IMG/VR virus record: IMGVR_UViG_3300025150_000005
From: an uncultured virus (IMG/VR IMGVR_UViG_3300025150_000005)
Lineage: Duplodnaviria > Heunggongvirae > Uroviricota > Caudoviricetes
Strand: one strand, 5' to 3'
Length of the DNA stretch: 64,000 nt
Shown piece by piece: positions 60,682 to 64,000 of this stretch. The position numbers and the translations under genes were made by a program. The notes under the pieces were generated by a model. It searched no databases and was not told the DNA's origin. It saw nothing but the letters and a program-made list of their open reading frames with translations. The stretch's first letter is position 1. The number at the start of each line of letters is the position of its first letter.

Positions 60682-60703
60682 GGTGCCGAGGTCCCGTGCG
60701 GGA

Positions 60704-61324
60704 TCAGGCGTCCGCGGGGATCTCGCCGTCGCCGCTGGGCGGCGGCGTGGCGTCCTTGAGCGACTGGCCGATGCCGTTGCGCACCTTGATCTGCTCGTAG
60801 GTGTAGCAGTTCTCGATGTCACCCTTGCGGATGGTCTTCGTCTCGGGCTTGCCGTCGGCGCCCAGCTTGGGCTGCTTGGTGACCTTGTCCTTGACGACGA
60901 AGGTGTCGTCGTAGACCTTGATGTAGCCCCAGGTCTTGCGGCCCTTCCACGTGTCGGGCTCGACCGTCATCGTGCGCTTGCCGGCGCTGTCGCGGGCGCC
61001 CAGGTCGATGCCGATGCCGATGAGGAAGTCGCGCATGCGCATCTTCTGCATGTTCGGCATGATCTTCTCGTACTCGACCTCCTTCTCGGGGGGGATCGAC
61101 ATGAAGAACAGCCGCGCCGTGCCAGGGCACGGGGCCCCAGCCGCGTCCGTGAGCACCTTGCAGCTGATCTGCCAGTTGGTGCAGCCGGGGTAGTTGGCGT
61201 TGTCGGTGACCTGGATGTTGGTCACTTCCATGAGGTAGTCACCGGACTTCTCCGGCGGTGCGAAAGACCCCTCGCGCCCCTTCTGGGCGTCCTCCGGGGT
61301 CCCGTAGTTCATCACGTAGGGCAT
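60704..61324 (-). CDS. SSB-like (DUF669-type) protein
   Basis: P...G.Y...V beta-rich fold, acidic/Pro C-terminal tail, position next to the AAA_24 gene. Confidence 0.55.
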   Translation of the reverse strand: MPYVMNYGTPEDAQKGREGSFAPPEKSGDYLMEVTNIQVTDNANYPGCTNWQISCKVLTDAAGAPCPGTARLFFMSIPPEKEVEYEKIMPNMQKMRMRDFLIGIGIDLGARDSAGKRTMTVEPDTWKGRKTWGYIKVYDDTFVVKDKVTKQPKLGADGKPETKTIRKGDIENCYTYEQIKVRNGIGQSLKDATPPPSGDGEIPADA

Positions 61325-61412
61325 CGTCTTCCTTCTCCACGAAGAGCGCACGGAGGTCGTCTCCGAGCGCAGGTTGGGCGAGGGGGGCTTCGCCGCCCCT
61401 CGCGACTTGATT

Positions 61413-62447
61413 TCAGCGACGGATCGGAGTCCAGGGTGGATCGACTGGCACCCCGATCACGCACAGGTAGGGCGGCTGGACGGCCTTCGACACGACCCCA
61501 CCGGGCAAGCAAGGCGCGTCTTCCGGCGCGAGGTGCACCTGCAGCACACGATACCCCCAGCGCCCCTCAAGCGCGTCCACGAAGTACGCGGAGGCACCCT
61601 TTAGGAGCCGCCCCGCGATGTAGGAGTACGGGTGGTCGCGCCGAAGCGGTTCCCAGTCACCCCCGTTCCGACGCGTCTGCACGATGAACCGATCCCCAAT
61701 CATCCAGATCAGGTGGACCTCCGGTTCAGGGGGGCCCATGTGCATGTAGCGCGAACGCGTGTCGCCCCGATCCACATACGGGACCTCGCTGAGCTGCGCG
61801 TACCAGCACCCGACGCAGCTGGGCAGATCCACGGCGGGCCGGATATCATCGGGTACACGCGTGATCTCGTCGATGTGCTCCTCGACGTCGATGCCAACCG
61901 CATCCGGTGCGTATACGAGCGACTCGTCGATGAACTCCCGCGCGCCGCAGTGCGCTGAAGCTGCATCGAAAATGCGTTCTTCAGCAGGTAGCGCGTCGAT
62001 CACATCATTGGCGCTTTTTCGGAGGAAGCGCTCCAACGATGGGCTCGCGGAGTCGAGGCGACCAGAGCCCCAGATACGGGGCAGGCAGCTCTCGACCGAG
62101 TGAGGCCTGAACTTCGAGACGCCGAGTAGCGAACGACCCTTGTCGGGTGTCAGATCGTCGACTGCGGCCTGACGATCAGCTGCACACCACTCCGCTAGGC
62201 TCGGCGCAGGTACATCAGACTGCGTACGCGCGTCTCGGCGCTGAGCCGCAGCCTTCACATCTGCAACCAGTGCGGCGCGTTCCGCCCGGATTGCCCGCAG
62301 ATCCTCTAACCGCGATGCTGGATCAACGCCGGCGCAATCCTCATAGTCCTGGGCGCTGCTGGTGCTGGACGGCGCCTGACGCAGCCCCAGTCGCACGAGG
62401 AGGCGGCCCCACCAACGCTGCAAACGACTCCACATACGTAGCCCCAT
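61413..62447 (-). CDS. Hypothetical protein
   Basis: Fills the gap within the operon. Confidence 0.55.
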   Translation of the reverse strand: MGLRMWSRLQRWWGRLLVRLGLRQAPSSTSSAQDYEDCAGVDPASRLEDLRAIRAERAALVADVKAAAQRRDARTQSDVPAPSLAEWCAADRQAAVDDLTPDKGRSLLGVSKFRPHSVESCLPRIWGSGRLDSASPSLERFLRKSANDVIDALPAEERIFDAASAHCGAREFIDESLVYAPDAVGIDVEEHIDEITRVPDDIRPAVDLPSCVGCWYAQLSEVPYVDRGDTRSRYMHMGPPEPEVHLIWMIGDRFIVQTRRNGGDWEPLRRDHPYSYIAGRLLKGASAYFVDALEGRWGYRVLQVHLAPEDAPCLPGGVVSKAVQPPYLCVIGVPVDPPWTPIRR

Positions 62448-62459
62448 CCGCCCCCACTC

Positions 62460-63329
62460 TCAGTCCAGGATCCCCAGCGCCTCGTTCTTCTTCTCGGCCT
62501 CGGTCTTCGCTGGGAGCGCCTTGAAGACGTCCTCGACCTCGCTCTCTGCGAGGAATCCCATCTTCGCGAGGATCAACATGGCCTCGGGGGGCTCCGTCGG
62601 CGACAGCACCCCCACGTTGTCCTTCGCCGCCCAGTTGTCCTTGAGGGTCGTGTGTACGCGGAAGATCGCATCACGCCCTGCGACCTCGACCTTCTCGACC
62701 CGAAGCACCGCCGAGCACGCCGTCGGGATGAGCTTCGCGGCCTGATTGGGCAGGTCGGGCCCACCCTCGGTCTCCAGACCCTCGAACTCGCCTACCCGCT
62801 TGTACCGCGGCGGCGTGTGACCCGCCAGCCAGCAGACGTGCGCAGGGATCCGGTGAATCGCGTAGCGCAGCTCTGTCAGGCGCTGCTTCAAGACGTTGTA
62901 GCCGAGCTGGTCCATCGCCTCCGGGATCGTCTTCTTGCTCGCCTCGTAGCTCGCCACCCGCGCGGCGAAGACCTCGCGCATGACCTGCTCGCAAGCGGCG
63001 GTGATGGAGTCGAACACCACCGACCGGACCTTGCCGGCCTCGGCGAGCTTGGCGACCTCGGCGATGGCTTCCTGCATATCGGCCCAGGTCTCGACGCTCA
63101 GGAAGATCGCGGGCATCCGGTTCGTCTCGCCTGGAGGCTGGAACAGCCGCGGGAGGGCCTTGTAGTCGCGCCGCAAGGGCAGACCGGCGTTGTTCTCCGT
63201 CGCGATCACCGCGCGGGGACCGGGCATCGTCGCGCCGAAAGTCGACTTGCCTGCACCTGTTGGCCCGTAGACCAGGATGCGCCCGAAGGTGTCCTGCGGG
63301 AGTCCGCCCACGAATTTCTTGACTGCCAC
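62460..63329 (-). CDS. AAA_24/Sak4-like ATPase (recombination)
   Basis: ILVYGPTGAGKST, VVFDSIT, AKD. Confidence 0.8.
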   Translation of the reverse strand: MAVKKFVGGLPQDTFGRILVYGPTGAGKSTFGATMPGPRAVIATENNAGLPLRRDYKALPRLFQPPGETNRMPAIFLSVETWADMQEAIAEVAKLAEAGKVRSVVFDSITAACEQVMREVFAARVASYEASKKTIPEAMDQLGYNVLKQRLTELRYAIHRIPAHVCWLAGHTPPRYKRVGEFEGLETEGGPDLPNQAAKLIPTACSAVLRVEKVEVAGRDAIFRVHTTLKDNWAAKDNVGVLSPTEPPEAMLILAKMGFLAESEVEDVFKALPAKTEAEKKNEALGILD

Positions 63330-63330
63330 G

Positions 63331-64000
63331 TCAGTCCTCCAACGGCTGGTTCAGAAACGCATCCATTGCGGGATCAGTCCAAGAGCCACGATCGACGACC
63401 TCGACGGCCTTCTCGACAGGCAGAGGCATCGGTTCGTCCAGGTGCCACGTCGGCGTCAGCGGATCCACCTTCACCACACCATCAGCCTCAGCTTGCTTTT
63501 GCCCAGCTTCGGTGATCTGGTACAGTGGCTTCACGACATCAGCCCCGTCGTGGCAGAGGTGCCGGTACTCGCAGCGTCCGCCAACCCCGTCGCACAGCCC
63601 GTAGAGGCTCCCGAGCTTTGGCCAGTTGGCCGCACGAGCAGCGCCTGGGCGTGCCTTCGCGTGCGCCTCCAACAACGTGTCGACCTTGCGTCCAGCTGCA
63701 ACCACGATCTGTGCGTACTGGCGCTGCCTGGGGACCGTGACGGCGACCCACTCGCGGTGAGCGCGAGGCTTGCCCGACTTGAAGCCGAGGTTCAGCAAGA
63801 CTGCGTTCATCCGTCCGTGCTTCGCCACCCGCGCGGGATCTGAGTTCCAGGCCAGCGCATGGCCCGACATCTGCCCCGACATCGCGTAGCGCTCCAACAC
63901 GAACTTGCTCGCGCTCGACAGGAACTTGTGCTCGACCGCCGCTACCCCGTCGTCGGTCACGATCACGAGATCGGCCTGACTCTGATACCGTGCGGTCTGC
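63331..64000 (-). CDS. PD-(D/E)XK Cas4-like exonuclease (5'-partial)
   Basis: D.....VEHK, Q...H, C-terminal C.....C.Y..LC cluster. Confidence 0.75.
   Translation of the reverse strand, partial: QTARYQSQADLVIVTDDGVAAVEHKFLSSASKFVLERYAMSGQMSGHALAWNSDPARVAKHGRMNAVLLNLGFKSGKPRAHREWVAVTVPRQRQYAQIVVAAGRKVDTLLEAHAKARPGAARAANWPKLGSLYGLCDGVGGRCEYRHLCHDGADVVKPLYQITEAGQKQAEADGVVKVDPLTPTWHLDEPMPLPVEKAVEVVDRGSWTDPAMDAFLNQPLED

Noticed and set aside
63331..64000. Cas4-like gene as evidence of CRISPR-Cas
   Set aside because: Its context is a standard phage recombination module (AAA_24, SSB-like, PolA)

Overview
High-GC 64-kb segment of a large virus or prophage-like/plasmid-like element. A myxobacteria-like host is a guess. 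No rRNA, tRNA, CRISPR array, terminase, portal, major capsid or T4SS gene was recognised. The + strand block (1-22.6 kb) begins with an 'early/leading'-type run of small genes separated by five copies of a covarying double-hairpin element. It continues with an N6-adenine MTase/SF2-helicase fusion, a LamG-type spike/membrane module and sbcD-sbcC. The mostly - strand block (22.6-64 kb) holds many small accessory genes, a Cre-like tyrosine recombinase with a candidate lox-like site, multidomain proteins punctuated by R-x-N motifs, GLG-motif proteins, and a replication/recombination module (PD-(D/E)XK nuclease, AAA_24 ATPase, SSB-like, HNH, UDG-PolA). Eight sigma70-like promoters share a CTAC-N4-GTAG operator. 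Three related IS1595-family elements or ends are present. Two carry the same structured ~125-nt leader plus a homologous small protein, and one splits a DEDDh exonuclease gene with an 8-bp TSD. Nonsense and frameshift lesions suggest decay. All family calls come from motif recognition by eye, not database searches.
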